Program-made: the position numbers and the translations under genes
NCBI GenBank assembly: GCA_964234715.1
Contig: OZ174277.1
Source: Podarcis melisellensis
Lineage: Eukaryota
DNA: 64,000 nt
Reading direction: 5' to 3' (one strand)
Shown here: positions 14,159 through 27,940 of the stretch, in pieces
Layout of the letters: every line of letters starts with the position of its first letter
Position numbering within the stretch: position 1 is the stretch's first letter
Notes under the pieces: model-generated
What the model was told of the DNA's origin: nothing
What the model saw: only the letters and a program-made list of their open reading frames with translations
Databases searched by the model: none

Positions 14159-16253
14159 CTAAGAAGAGAGAGTGACAAGGCAACTTTTATTGATTAGACT
14201 TCCAAAATGAGTACTACATTTTAATTTTTGAATTCAGTTATGACATACACTAATAATAGTGTGTCTTAACTGGCAAAGCAAATTGCTACAGGTATTTGCA
14301 CAGGGATTTGTGTCGTCTTCTCTAGATCTGCCATTGCTTGCATTTCACTCCTGGGGCTTATATTTATACAATCTTGAGTTGCATTTAATGAGAAGCAAGA
14401 TTTTTGCCTGATTGGTATAGCTGGTAGCTGGAAGTCTTTCACTTTACCTATTCCCGAATATTGTAAATATGTTCTACTGTACATTAAAGCGTTTATCTAT
14501 TCACATTTTTGTCAGCTCATTTATTTTACAGAATCTGAGCACAGCTACATCCCAATCCCATCTACATTATCCACTTTTCTTTCCTCCCACCAATAAACTG
14601 GATCAAATTTATCTGAGATGGGTGCAATCATTCAAATTTACTATTAACAAGACTACAGTTCCAGAAGAAGCATTTAGGTATAAGAAACATACAGAAGTTT
14701 GTTCTGGGACAATGGGATACACAAATTAAAGTGAAAGGGAATAAGAGTCAAAATTCCTAATAATAATATTAATAAGAAGAAGACTATATAATCCTTTAGT
14801 AAGAGCTATTTATAATATGCAGACACATCATTCACACAACTATAGACACAGGCATGAACAGAAATTTGATTGATTGCTGTAGGTCTTATATCTTAATTGC
14901 ACAAGGCTAATTGATTCATGTCAGCACCTTGCAATTGTTACAATCTTCATCCAAGCCTTAATGATGCAGCAGCATGTTTCAGCAGCTCCAATATGGAAAC
15001 TGTTGCATGTATAGCAGCCTGCTCATATTTTGAACTTTAGTTGCTAATTCTAATGAGGTGAGAGCTACCTAATGCAAACGGGCAACATCATGTGTAATGG
15101 TAGTTCTTTCTCTCCTCACCTCAGCCGCCCACCCCCCTCTCAAACTTCTCTCCAAAAATAGGTTTCAAAAGGCAGAGGAAACCTCTACAGCAGATTTTGG
15201 GGAGAAGCAGGGGGCTGGAGGGGACAGAAGAGAAACAGGAAGTATAGGTGTAAGAGCAGATTTCTGTTGTGGCAAGTATGCAAAAATCATTGGATGTCAC
15301 CCTAAGTGACTGGGGAAGGTCAAGGCAAGGCAATCAGTGGATAAGACTCATCAGTCTCCTTGTCCATGACCTTAGCCATCTACAGCCTGCTACCCCACAA
15401 TGTTTTATCTGGTGTCTCTCCCACTCTGCTAAAAGGATCAAAAATTCAAGTTACTTGAGAGCTGGTACAGCATAGTGGTTAATAGGCTGAGCCATAAAAT
15501 TGGAAGTCCCTGACTCAAAACAGGAAGTTCCGCGGCTATTACCTGGATGCCATTAAGAAACATCATGATCATATACTAATAAAAACTCATTCATGGGCAG
15601 CAAAATCAATACTATACACAAGAGAGGAGGCATCAGCAGGCTTGGATAGGCCGGGGAATACAGACATACAAATATACTTGTAGGGAGGAGGATAGGTCGG
15701 ATGAAAAAGAGGACAGGGCTCTGCATCTTCTAAAGTTATACAGAAGAATTCCAGTAGGTGTAGCTTAAATGACAAAGAACAGAAAAACCCCTGGAGAAAA
15801 AAATGACTAAGCAGACTCAGAGGCCACAGAATGCTGGCAGATTGTTAGGAAAAATAGAAATATCAAGGAGGGAGGGAATGGAAAAACTGGAAAGAGCATT
15901 GTTAACTGACTGTGGCCCTCAACAGGAGCAATCTGCACTGCAACCTTTTGTTGCTGCTCCCACCTGTCTTATCCTCTGCAATAATGAGATGTTACTGGCC
16001 TACTCTGTAGCACTGTTATCACTGTGATAAAATGTGTAAATACTTTCACAAAAATGTTGAGATCTAAATTATATACTATATTCACAATAATGCCCCCATC
16101 ACTAATTTTCAGTAGTGGAATACATTTCAACCAAGTTCCATCTTGGAGCAAGCATAGAAAGCTAACAGATCTGATATCGAACAACGCATACCTGTAACCA
16201 CTGCATGAACTATTTTAGATGATGTTTTGACATAGTTTGAATAAATCACTCAC

Positions 16254-16362
16254 CAAACACTGTGAGTTCCAGGTCTTTTCTTGTTTTGCCCAATGATGAG
16301 AATGGATTCAGCCATGCAACAGTAGAGTACATTAGAAGTTCTCCCATAGAAAGTTCGGTGAC
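16254..16362 (-). CDS. TIAM2: TIAM2 exon (start of PH2)
   Basis: gacatag|GTC...G|gtgagt; 109 nt; VTELSMGELLMYSTVAWLNPFSSLGKTRKDLELTVF. Confidence 0.95.
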
Positions 16363-16709
16363 CTATGTCCATTGTAGATTAGAAGGGTTATTCATTCTAA
16401 CATACAGCAATGGGGATCACTTGCTGAACAGACTGTTGGGCTGGGGTATTGTTTAGGGGGATTTTGCTGCTGTTACTGATAATAATTTTTTGTATCTTAA
16501 TTTTTGGTGCTTATAATGATTTATGTGGAAATTTTTCAATTATAATTCTGTACTTTTTATGTTTATGACTACTTTTGTTATGTTTGTAATTCAGGTAACT
16601 CTTGCCTTGTTGTAAGACATCTTGACTATGGAAAGGCGGCATACAAATTGATGATGGTGATACTGTTTGAATTATCTGCACACACAAAACCCTGCTCTCA
16701 TCTTCTTAC

Positions 16710-16828
16710 CTCTTTCTCAGTTCCACTCTGATCTGCAACTAGTTGGTCAAATACTGCACCGTAATCCTCATAAATCTTCTGCATTTCATTGATGTGACTG
16801 GCCACCTTTTCCATTGCCTTCAGTGCTT
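16710..16828 (-). CDS. TIAM2: TIAM2 exon (end of DH domain)
   Basis: ttgcag|AA...GAG|gtaaga; 119 nt; (E)[39 protein letters not shown]. Confidence 0.96.
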
Positions 16829-17114
16829 CTGCAATTTGTAAAGGCAAATCCATTATTTGATATACACTGAGTGGGCCTGTTGAAACATTGAGTCACTTAA
16901 AACCCAGGAATTCATCATCTTAGGAAGTGCAGAAACAAATGCACTGTTGATGATAACCAAATAAGCAAAACCGCTCCCAGTATCTTGCCAAAAAATTCTA
17001 TTAATCATGTGGAAAACCACTTTAGACTCTGTAATGTGCAATGAGGTTCCCTATTGTGTGCTTAGCTCAATGCTAAATACATGATACGATACAAACAGCT
17101 GGGACAGTTTTTAA

Positions 17115-17260
17115 GAACATAAAACGATCTTGCCATTGGTCCATCTAAGTCCAGCATCCTGTTCTCACCATGGCTGAACAGTTGCCTCTGTGAAACCAGC
17201 AAGCAGGAATCGAGCCCAAGAACATTCTCCCCTCCTGTTCAACTGGTATTCAGAAGCACA
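17115..17260 (-). mobile_element. Decayed CR1-like 3'-end fragment
   Basis: 'aagaacataa...ggtccatcta.gtccagcatcctgttctcac' motif; related copies near 48350-48470, 54600-54660 and 57240-57325. Confidence 0.55.
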
Positions 17261-17290
17261 GATAGCAAAGCTTATTTCCTTGGGAAGTAC

Positions 17291-17470
17291 CTGTGAGATG
17301 GTAATGCTCCTCGCTTTCAGGGTCTGTCAGAGATACCAGCTCCTTCAGGAGCAGCGGGTATTTCAGCACCCTCTGAACTGGCTTGATGAGAAAGGACTCC
17401 AATGTGGAAGAATGCTGTTTAGCTGGGTTGCGAGCATCCAGAAAGGCCTTAAAGGCTTTATCTGTTTTGG
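17291..17470 (-). CDS. TIAM2: TIAM2 exon (DH domain, IKPVQR motif)
   Basis: cctttag|CC...G|gtactt; 180 nt; (A)[59 protein letters not shown]. Confidence 0.97.
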
Positions 17471-18365
17471 CTAAAGGAAAAACAAAACAAAAACCCAGAG
17501 CGTATTAGCAGCCCAAAAGCAACCATATCGAGAATCAATCTTCTGCATTTCATTCCAGGACCTGGCAAACAACAGGCCACACTCCTCTGCCTCCCTCTTG
17601 GTAAAGGCCATCAATATTCTATGTAGCAATAAGCAACAGAGAGATAATCCTTTCATATATTATGCATCCTTTGTTACTCCACCTTAATCTACAATCACTG
17701 CTGTGCAGCTTAGTTTTCCACAGCTATTAAATTGACCACAGGGCATTTACTACTGGGCGGTGGAAGTGGCTGGCAGGGCACAGCTACAATGCTAGCTTCG
17801 CAGCAGCAGCAGCAACTTACCGGATGGGGCAAAATCGCAGGGAGATTAGCACAGGGAAGCCAAGCTGGTGCTCCTGCCAGTCTGCCCACAGCACATCCCA
17901 TCACCTAGTCCTTTGTCCCTCCCAGTAAACGGCAGCAAACCCATTGCTGGAAAACTGGGCAAGACACTTCTGTTGGCCAGTATATAAATATAAAATAATA
18001 ATTTTTTAAAAATATTTTTTGCTTATTTAAAAGGCTTGTCTCACTATGGGTATGTTTGCATCAGCCTTTTTTGGGGGGTGGGGGGTGGAATATGTTGCAG
18101 AACATAACATCAATCATTTATTAACTCTTCACCATAAGTGGTATCTAATACAAGATTTTACTTCTGGAATGTGCACTAGAAGTGTTCGACTTTACTAAAG
18201 ATTTACAAACATTCCCAGCAGTCACAAAGAATATTGTCCTCCTTTCAGGGGATATGTCACAGATTCTACTTCCATCTAAAATTACTCCCAAGAAGCTGTG
18301 GCAGTGCATTTTCTTTCCAGGTGGCAAGCTGCCATATCTACTCAAGGAAAAACACTATTTTAAAC

Positions 18366-18393
18366 AGCCTCACTGTGTACTTGTGAACATGTT

Positions 18394-18458
<65 letters not shown>

Positions 18459-18560
18459 ATGATATAAACCTCAAAAAACCCCTCAAAGCCTCACTGTGTA
18501 CTTGTGAACAAGTTCATACTCTCTCTCTATATATATATATTAAAGAAAATGATATAAACT
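18366..18560. repeat. Two-copy tandem duplication, each copy carrying a (CT)n(TA)n microsatellite
   Basis: agcctcactgtgtacttgtgaaca is identical at 18366 and 18487; both copies are followed by (CT)n(TA)n and aatgatataaac. Confidence 0.9.
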
Positions 18561-18960
18561 TCCAAACCCACAGTTCAATCCAACTAAACTGCCCTCTCTC
18601 TAGGCCCCTGTGCATCCCCAGAGAGTGGGGGCACAGAAGGAGGAGTGGAGTGGGAATCATTCTACTTGCTCAATTACTTAGTTGGCTACAACCCTTATTC
18701 CTCATATTTACACAGAGGTTACACTAGAATATTATTTCCATAACTAGGTAGAGAAAGAGGGAAAGTACAAATGGAAAATATATGGGATGTTGAGGCAAGC
18801 ACACCCTATTAAAAGCACTGCAAAATAGTCCCTATATCATCAGAAGGCAGTCTGAAAAACTAAAACAAAAGCTATTTTTTTTATGCCATCACCATGAAAA
18901 ACAATTACTTTGGTGCTATGAATCTGTCGTATGGATATATTGCATCAGTAAGACTTTTAC

Positions 18961-19069
18961 CTCTTTCAAGAACTTTCTGGACTTTTATGTGGTTTGCACA
19001 GAACCCACTGTACAATTTAAAGTGGTCAGCATAATACAGGAAGGAACCTCCCAAGGAGAACAGCAGTTT
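18961..19069 (-). CDS. TIAM2: TIAM2 exon (DH domain)
   Basis: ctttcag|AAA...G|gtaaaa; 109 nt; [36 protein letters not shown]. Confidence 0.96.
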
Positions 19070-19592
19070 CTGAAAGCAACACAATCAGAAGTTAGGAAGA
19101 GAATTTTTTTTATTTAGCAGGTACTCTAGTATTATTCTTTAGTTAGAAGATCCATTCCTTAATGCAAAACATTCGTGGTCTGCCTTCCATTAGCATTCAG
19201 GAAGTGTATAACAGCAGTTAAAATAATGGCATACAATTCAAAGACATTGTGCTTTGAAAATGATGAACGCAGACCTCAGCAACACCTTTTGCAAATATCT
19301 TAACATGAACAAGGGTTTAGTTAAGGAAAGCCGGTGCTCTGATTGTCACACTGCAAAAACAAACCAGAAATTCACCTCCAGAGTCATGCCCTCAAATGCA
19401 GAAGTGTTAATAGCCCATGGTGTTATGGGCCTAGTTTAGTGGCATTCCCAGTTGTGGCCAGACAGGGCCCTCCCTGTTGAATTTCCAGCACCTACTGAAT
19501 ATATCTATATCTATTTCTAATATTTCTAATAATATTTCTAATATAAATTCAATAAAAACGATGAAATCATAATTTAGTTAAGTATTTTATAG

Positions 19593-19616
19593 TGTGTGTG
19601 TGTGTGTGTGTGTGTG
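19593..19616. repeat. (GT)n microsatellite
   Basis: About 12 GT units. Confidence 0.95.
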
Positions 19617-20080
19617 AATATAAAAATCCAGCAGGCATTTTAATTAAATTATTTTATAGTTTTTATTGAATTTTGTCTTTATTATATTGAATTACTTGTA
19701 CATAACTTATTATAATTAAGTAGTATAGAGGTTGCTTTGGATATATTTGACCCTGATACCAGATTGGTAGAGTCAATCTTTCTGTTGAAAGATTGGTTGT
19801 AAAAACATGAGAGAATATGAGAAAAACCCATAACGTGGGAAAAAAATTGTGAATGTGCAGAGTTTCCCCTCTATATATTCCTGTTTTGCAAAATATCTTG
19901 GGGAATGTATGAACTGCATTCCTTTCATGGCATACAGTAAGCAACTGTACAAAAGAAACTATTCCCAGCTTATTCCCAGATTTGCCATATTTTTCACCCC
20001 ACAGAACAAATCAGAAAACAAGAGCTTCATAACCCTGTTTGTGTTCACCAATGGTGTGACTACTCATGGACACGTACAGC

Positions 20081-20205
20081 CTGGCCAGCGTGATCCATGC
20101 TCTGGGAACATTCCTGGTGCTGCAATGCACATCAAGTGAGGCTGTCTTTGAAGTCTGTTCAGAAAGTGCAGTTGGTTCAGAACCAAGTGGCTAGATTATT
20201 GACTG
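20081..20205 (+). mobile_element. L2 LINE ORF2 fragment
   Basis: LASVIHAL...LSLKSVQKVQLVQNQVARLLT resembles the L2 'KLQLVQNAAARLLT' motif. Confidence 0.75.
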
Positions 20206-21039
20206 CTACTTTGGCACTGCAGGTGACATCAAGTTCCAACAATTTCACATATTTGAGAAAATACTTAAACCTTTTCTTTTTGCGTCAAAAGGACAACAAA
20301 GATGCATAACAACAATAAAAAGCACAAAGACATCATCAATGCTTCATGTTATTTACGTGTATGAAACAAAATGTTTGTGTTGGAGAGAGAACAGGGTGAC
20401 CGTGACTCTTAAGACAAGAATTTGCTCAGCTTTTGAGTATAGCATTTCCCCCTCCAGAGAGTTATCAAGATAATACAATTATAGGATGGGACTAGGGGGA
20501 GATCAGGCATGAGTTTGTTGTACCTTGATGCAATGTAGATATGTTCTGACAGGGAAATCATGAAAGTGAGTGATTTAACTGGGAAAACATTTCATAAACT
20601 TATTTTACTTTTTCCGGATGTATGATAATAAAGACATGCTTCTTAAGACTAAGAAAACTCTTTCCCCTTTCTCTTAACATAAAATCACATGAATTCCTCC
20701 TCCCCACAAAGAGTATTCACTGCATGCTTGACTGTCTGAAAACAGTTTAGTAGTCAATGCGTTATACAAAAGTAATTCTGAGGAAGAGAAGAAAGCATCC
20801 TCATAAAACTACAATTCCCAGGATCTTTGAGAAGAGAACCTACGTCTACAGAATCAATTTTAAACAGTTTGGGTTTGCAATGTGCACATATGCCCTTAAA
20901 TTCATCCCAATGTAATATTGGGGGCGGGCGGGTCACCCAGTTTCTCTGGAAACTTGCAAGTTTGCTCGTTCACTCTAAGCCATGGTTTGGCTTAGTGTTA
21001 TGTGCAAACTGAGCCAGTGACTGAGATAATTCAGTCAAT

Positions 21040-21432
21040 GGCCGTATTCACACGTAACATTAAACCAGGGTTTGTGCTCTCCTCTCCTGTCCTGAGCAGC
21101 CATGAACACATGTCAAGTTCAGTTTCGTTCTTAAAGAATATTGTTTTACCGTTATGTACGAACCAGGGATGCTGTTTTAAAACAAACTCAAGTCAGTTTC
21201 TAAAGTCTGTTTCAGTTTTATGAAGCTGGCTTGTTTAACTAGACATTGCTTGTTTTAACCCTAGATTCCTGGTACACATATAGTGCAAAACAGAGAGCGT
21301 TTGAAAGAAGTCCTCGTCCAAGTGACAAGGGAGCAAGAGAGGGAGCAGGCGAGTCTAACACATTACTCATGCTAACAGAAACTTGTCTATGCAGTGCTAA
21401 ACCATGGTTTGGCATTACATGTGAACTGAGCC
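21040..21432. mobile_element. Non-autonomous DNA transposon with GGC...GCC termini (PIF/Harbinger-like MITE)
   Basis: Imperfect TIRs ggccgtattcacacgtaacattaaacca / tggtttggcattacatgtgaactgagcc; a second right-end copy at about 20975-21015. Confidence 0.6.
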
Positions 21433-21566
21433 AAAGTCAAAACAGTGCCCCCTGCAAATAAATACAATTCAGCTGAAGAGATGGAAAGAAAGCAAAGGAA
21501 AATAGTTACTAACAAAATGTACAGGTACTTTTTATATATGTAATGAGTTTGAGATTTTATATTTAC

Positions 21567-21692
21567 CCGGAACTGAGAAGGTGTTTCAAGTGTGTTGAAG
21601 TCAGAGCAGGAGGAAATGCCATCTTCAAGAGTCTCTAAAAATACCTTTTGAAAATCCAGCATCTCTGGCAGACTTCCAAACAGAGACTCCAT
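21567..21692 (-). CDS. TIAM2: TIAM2 exon (DH domain)
   Basis: catgtag|ATG...CGG|gtaaat; 126 nt; MESLFGSLPEMLDFQKVFLETLEDGISSCSDFNTLETPSQFR. Confidence 0.96.
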
Positions 21693-22045
21693 CTACATGT
21701 GGGGAGGAGAATTAAATATGGAGCACGTAAATTGTTTACGGTAATACTATCCAAGAGAAGGCAATCAATCAATATGTTGCTACAGCAAACAAAGAGATAC
21801 TTAGCATTAATGAATTTGTCTCATAACAGTTTTGGCACTGAACATGGAAAAACAAGTGGTTTCTGAAACAAAGATGTCTTAGAAGCATTGTCGTCAAAAG
21901 TGGACTCAATTTTTATAACTAAGACATGATTGATGCAGCGGATAGAAAAACACAGTTTGTCTTTTCTTTCATGTACGATATGATGGAAATGCTTGCAACA
22001 TTGCAAAAGATTGGAAAGCAGTTAACAAAAGCAAAATCCTCTCAC

Positions 22046-22114
22046 CTCATCTTGAGTGAGGAAGGTCTCACTTTGAAGAGGTTCCAAGTATAATTGGAAG
22101 AGGCAGCTCAGGTC
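22046..22114 (-). CDS. TIAM2: TIAM2 exon (DH domain)
   Basis: tttatag|GAC...GAG|gtgaga; 69 nt; DLSCLFQLYLEPLQSETFLTQDE. Confidence 0.96.
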
Positions 22115-24114
22115 CTATAAAGGCACAAAAATTGCAGAGTTTCAAAAGAAAATAATTCCTTGATAACATTCACCCGGGTATAAAACTAATGAAAAATAAT
22201 TTTAACTGACATCCAAAGTCTTATTATTCTAACGCTATTGCTTGAACTCCGTAACTGTGGCACTCTTACTAGGAATAGCAAAGACAGCTTAGGAACATGA
22301 TGACATGGAAAAAGAATTGTTTGAACAAAAGAACATTACTCCCATCTCCCTCCCTCCCTCCCTCCCTCCCTCTCTCCCCACAACCACATGATTTCTATGA
22401 CAATAACATCCTCATACTGAATGTAAATAAACTGTGAAAAAGACCCTATGGATCAAAAACAGAGACGCTATATGTACTTTTCCTTGTTTGTTTGTTTGGT
22501 AACACAATGCAATCTTTAATAAAAACTTGTTAAAGGAGGAAGAACTGTTTATTTCTAGCTGAATGTGTCACTGGAAGAAGGTCATCACTGAGGATTACGG
22601 GACCACCTTGTGGTCAAAATCAGGAAAAAGAACTGAAGGGAAGCAGGATGCTCCCAGAATCACATTTGTGTCTTCACCAAGCTTGAACATGTTGATTGGA
22701 AGGGACCTACTTCCGTAACAATAAGGGAGTATTAGCTGTCAAAAATAGAAATACCCCAAACAAAGGAAGAAAGGCAGGAAAGTGAATTAGATTCTGGGAG
22801 CTGCCTGCTTATCTCAAGTCCTCTTTTTAAGGTCTCTTGCCTGCCTTTAACCACAAGGTGGCGACATGCCCCTCAATGATTGCCTTCTCCAGCAACACAA
22901 GACTGTTAGTATATGTAAACATGAACCCTCTAAAGCAGGGGATTCATCCACCAGACGAACAAAGGACTGTGGTTTATTCCAACTATAGACCACAGTCAGA
23001 ACAGAGCACAGTTCTCATGTAAAGCCATCGCTGACAGCTGTGATTAGTTTTAAAGAAAAATGAGAAGTTTTCGATCTCATGTGTGCAAAAGGATAGCAGA
23101 GAGGAAGGCAGAAGCATGAGAATCCAAGACTTGCTCCTGTAACACCAATCCATAGCGTAGCATTACATTCTGAAACTGGCCACAGTGAATAGTTATGATA
23201 CAAATGCCTGATCTGAGTCATTTGTGCTCTGTAAGGTTTCATTCACACTACTGAAAGTCACACTGATGAAAGAATAACGAACACTAAAATAACAACAATA
23301 CAACAAAATTTATGTAGTGTTCAAGCATTCAAATATATAATACAGTATATTCAATATATTATATATTCAAATATAACTGTCCTATTAGTTAAGTCCATAC
23401 TATTATCCCATAGTGCAGATGGAGGACTGAGGCTAAGGGAACAGATAAAAGTCTAAGCTCTTAGCTGCTGTATGGCACTTTCTCTCACACTTGGCCAGAC
23501 CTGACTCACACAGAGCTGACTCGATGGTTCTTGGCATACTAGGTATTAATTTTCATGCATTTTAACACTGTCAAGAGAATGTCTTCAAAAGCACAAGTTT
23601 GGTGTTCTTTTAAAAGTAAAGCTTAAGATTCTTGAGGACAACAGAATATATGAACTAATGAAAGCTAAGCTAGAAGATTTAAAACTTCTTGCAATCATCA
23701 CAGTTTTAGCTGAATCACTGATGCCACACTTTTGGTGGATTATAGGAAGGGAAAAGTTTTTAAACTGCTAGACTTGGAACCTTGTGGTACGGGCAAGGGC
23801 CAAACGTCTACATGGGAAAGCTTTCACACATGCATCTAACACAGGGTATGCAACGTGGAAAGAACTGCAGTTGCATGAGAAAACTGTGAAAGCATGCATG
23901 GGAAAACATTTGGGAAATCCTGTCCTGTGCCCTCCAAAGTTTGAATCTTTTATTCATGGGCAAATACCCATAAAAGATGATGGGATGCCATATAAAAGGC
24001 AAACTTTGCTGGTTAATATACGGAAAACAGCCGCTAGAACACAGAGGGAAATAAATTATCCCAGCCAAATAAGAACTATGAAGAAAAATGAACATGGTAA
24101 AATGTTTGTATTAC

Positions 24115-24288
24115 CTTTACATAAGATTTTTCTGTGTCCATAAGCTCTTGGATGACCTTCCTAAGTCTGTCTGCGTCAGTAAGTTGCCGTGCCAGGGGCT
24201 TCAGAGGCGGAATGTTCTTTATTCCTTCCATACTGTTTACCTGAGATTCATGGAAATGTGGGCACAAAGCTGAAATCTGCTCGGCGCT
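24115..24288 (-). CDS. TIAM2: TIAM2 exon (linker and start of DH domain)
   Basis: ccgacag|AGC...AAG|gtaata; 174 nt; SAEQISALCPHFHESQVNSMEGIKNIPPLKPLARQLTDADRLRKVIQELMDTEKSYVK. Confidence 0.96.
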
Positions 24289-27200
24289 CTGTCGGTTGAA
24301 AAACACAGAGACAGACTAGTTATCATACTTTGCTTCCCACTGCACATTTGACATTGACCTATGTACCATTGCATGTATAGCAGGCAAATACATGGTTAAG
24401 GAGTTCAGTTTCTAACAGTGCAATCCAAAAGTCTCTAACCAGTGCAATCCCATCCATGTCTACCCAAAAGAAAATCTTATTGAGTTCAACTGGACTTGGT
24501 CCCAGGAACATGGGTATAGGATTGCAGCCTATATGTTCAATTCTATGGCCCTGCAGATGTTGTTGGACTACAACTTCCATCATCCGTGCCCACTGGCTAT
24601 GCTGGTAGGGGCAGACTCCCCCCTCCCACTCCATTTGGTGAATGAATTATTTAAGATGCAAAGACATAATATAGGTTCTTGCTTGATCTAAAATATCCAT
24701 GGAAGATAGTGTATAATGCACTAATGTGAGAATACCTAAATAGTAAGCTAAAACATGTTCATTTTTCAGCTTTCCAACCAACTTCTTGGTTTCTGATTTT
24801 CCTGTTACAATCTATTTATTCAAACATCAGAAAAATACACAACACAATGCCACCTTTTTAGATCGGCCTTTGAATGACAATGATAAGAAAACCACATGAC
24901 GCTAGAGCTCCAAGAGGAAAGGATAAACAACAACAACCAGTTATGTTAAATAGGACCACACATTTCATGTGATATGCTGTTTGACCTTAATCTGGAAACA
25001 AGATGGGGTGGTGAGAATGGACACTGATGTCCACTCCAACTTAGCAGTTCTATGATTTTCAGTTACTGTATGGCATTTCTAGCTGAATTGCTGTCGTATG
25101 ATAACTTCCTTTTTCAACCACACATTTTTTTACAGTCTTTCTTGTGTTTATCAGCCATCCCTGGACCCGCTGCCCTGCACTTTCTTATTTAATGCCACTC
25201 TCCCTTTTTCTCCTCTTATTTCCTACCCTGCAGATTTGAGGTCTGTGTGCAAGGGCTTCCTTTATCTCTTGCACACAGAACAATGATTGTAGGTGCTTCA
25301 AAAAGATGACATCCATTGTCAACGATGCTGCAGATCAGACATGCTAGTCATGCTGCCTATTGTTCCCATTTCTTGAAGTATATTATTTTACAATCTGAGT
25401 AGTATTGGTCACGGGAAAAGTGACAAGAAACATTGTTGTGTATTTTTGAAAACTTGCAGAATGTGGGAAGGGGTTAGAAATGGTCAGTATTCCAGACTCT
25501 GGCATTTTTATAACAAATGACTGCACCCACAAACAATGTCAACATCAATCCTCAATTTGTTATTTAAAGATGTTAAATTGTTGTTATAAAGAACAAAATG
25601 TTATCACGCTCACAGATACACCAGAACAGATAGATGTTGATAATGACAGGAAGTGCTGTTTTCTAGATTAGTGCTATATTTGTGCCAGATTCATCCGTCC
25701 AAAGCGTTTTCCAGGAATGTGAGTGACTTCAAGCTGTGTCAAGATTCAACACACTTGTCACGTTTCATTTTGTGTTCTTCCTCACTGTCCCAGTATTTCA
25801 TGTAGTTTAATCTTCCAGAATTGTAGACTTTAAAGTTTTCTCTAAAACGAATTTGTGCAGTTGCACCTACGCCTCCCTCTCAATAAATTAGATGCAATGC
25901 ACCAAAAGGTATGCACCAAAAGTTATTTAGAAAATGATGCGTTTAGTTTTTGCTTACAAATTATTCAACAGATAAAATGGACACGGTGAGCAAGCTTCAG
26001 ACCATGGGTTCTCATCACTCCTACCATTATTTTAGATTATGGATAATCATTCATCCTCTAATAATGGCATCAGAAACAAACAAAAATCTGGCACAGGAGT
26101 AGACAGCCAAGCTACTAAATACAGCTATAGCTCAGACCATTCAGGCTACCATGTTATTATAACAGACCCCTCAAGTGTCCCGATTTAATCCAGACATCCC
26201 AAATTTACAGAAGATGCCCTGGAGAAGGATGAGCAGGCAGGTGCGGAAGGGGGCGGTCTCTGTCAGTGGCAGGGAGAGGGTGTGGGATGGGGTGGAGGGT
26301 GCCCTGAATTGCCCTCCCAAAATGTTGGAGGGTATGTTATAACCTTCAAACACTTAAATATTGTCAGTAATAGCTATGTAGGTTGTCAGGGGTGGGAGAG
26401 AGAATAGAACACAAGAAAGATAAATGATCTCTAGTTTAAGAAAATGCAACACAGAAATCTAATCAAAATATCTTGAGAGTTGGATTCCTTTGTGATGAAA
26501 AAATTCAATATAAAAATAGTTTCATTAAGCAGCCCAGTGTCTTGCTATTCTCCACCCACAGCAAGAAAAAAAATATGCCTGATCAATACTTCAAGCACAG
26601 TATCTTTTGTTCATGAATAAACTTTTGCAGGATTAGATAACCACAACCTGAGTAAGCCAAGACACTGTTACAAGGCAAACTGTTACAAGGTAATCCACCA
26701 GCTGTTTATGGTGATGTATTCAAGGAGGCTCAGGCTCAATGGAAGCCTCTGAATCAGTATTAGTTTGAAGCCTAATTCGAAAGCTTATTGGCTATTAATG
26801 TTGTGTTTTAATGAATTAGAAAGAATGTAAGTGGTTTCCTCTATGCAATTTCAACAGTATACAATGGAAAAGGTACTTCAGGATTCAATCTTATCACAGA
26901 TGTTTAAAACATGGCTTAGACATAAGGTGTCCCTGCACTCAGAATTCTCTGTCATTTTCTGTTGTTCCCACTCAGAAAGTGTTAATTAAGAAGTAAGTTG
27001 CAGACTACTGCAACAACAGTCAAGGTCTGCAGTATTTAACTCATTGTCCTTTGTACTTAAGTACATTCACTTTAGTTTTCAGATGTGTACTTTTTGGGGG
27101 TTGGGGGGGGGAGGAGTGTCCAAAACTCCACAATCCAGAGAAGGATATCCATGTATGGAAGGTTCACGTCTGTGCTCCTATCAGGAATGAAAGTGCAAAT

Positions 27201-27940
27201 TGTATGCACACCTGCGTAATGGATCCCATCTACCCCAGTGCTTTACTTTCAATCTATATCTATACATGAATATGAATGAGAAATCAAGAATGTTATGCAA
27301 TTTACATAGATGGTTTCTGCATGTAGGCTTGCATTTCCCATTTCTGCATACAAGTCTCTTTCACCTGTATCAGTGCTGTAAATCACTGAGGTTGGAAACT
27401 TAAGGGACAGGGCAGCGCTGCAGCCAACCCCCCCCCCCCAAAGAATCATACTGACATAAATGTTATCTGAAAAAGAAACTCCTCTACTACCAAAGTAGGA
27501 GGATTTCGCTAGTTGCAGATTGTATCACTAGCACAGTTATACTAGAGATGCACTTCCTTGTTCTTTTAAATGCCTTCTCAGATAGTTTATAGCTGCAAGA
27601 TGTAGAAGGGAGACAATTTTGCAAAGAATTCTGAAACAGTTGTTGAAGTTTGATTCAACATGGTATTGTGAGTGGTATTGTTTTGGACACCAATCTCAAA
27701 CACAATCCATTATTTTATTTTTTTAACACACACACACACACACACGCAGCAAGTTTAGTTTACCCTTACTCAAGATCAATTCTGTTAATTACTGCCATGC
27801 TCACTTACGGATATTATTATATTAACAACTGTGCATGCATTAAATGGAAGGACAGTCCATAGGTTTTATATACAATTCCTGCTTCTTTCAAATTTTGCAT
27901 TTCAAGTTTGCTCAAGCAGTTTAAAGAATGAAACACTTAC

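Noticed and set aside
18182-18727. 181-aa plus ORF
   Set aside because: Spans (CT)n(TA)n repeats and the tandem duplication
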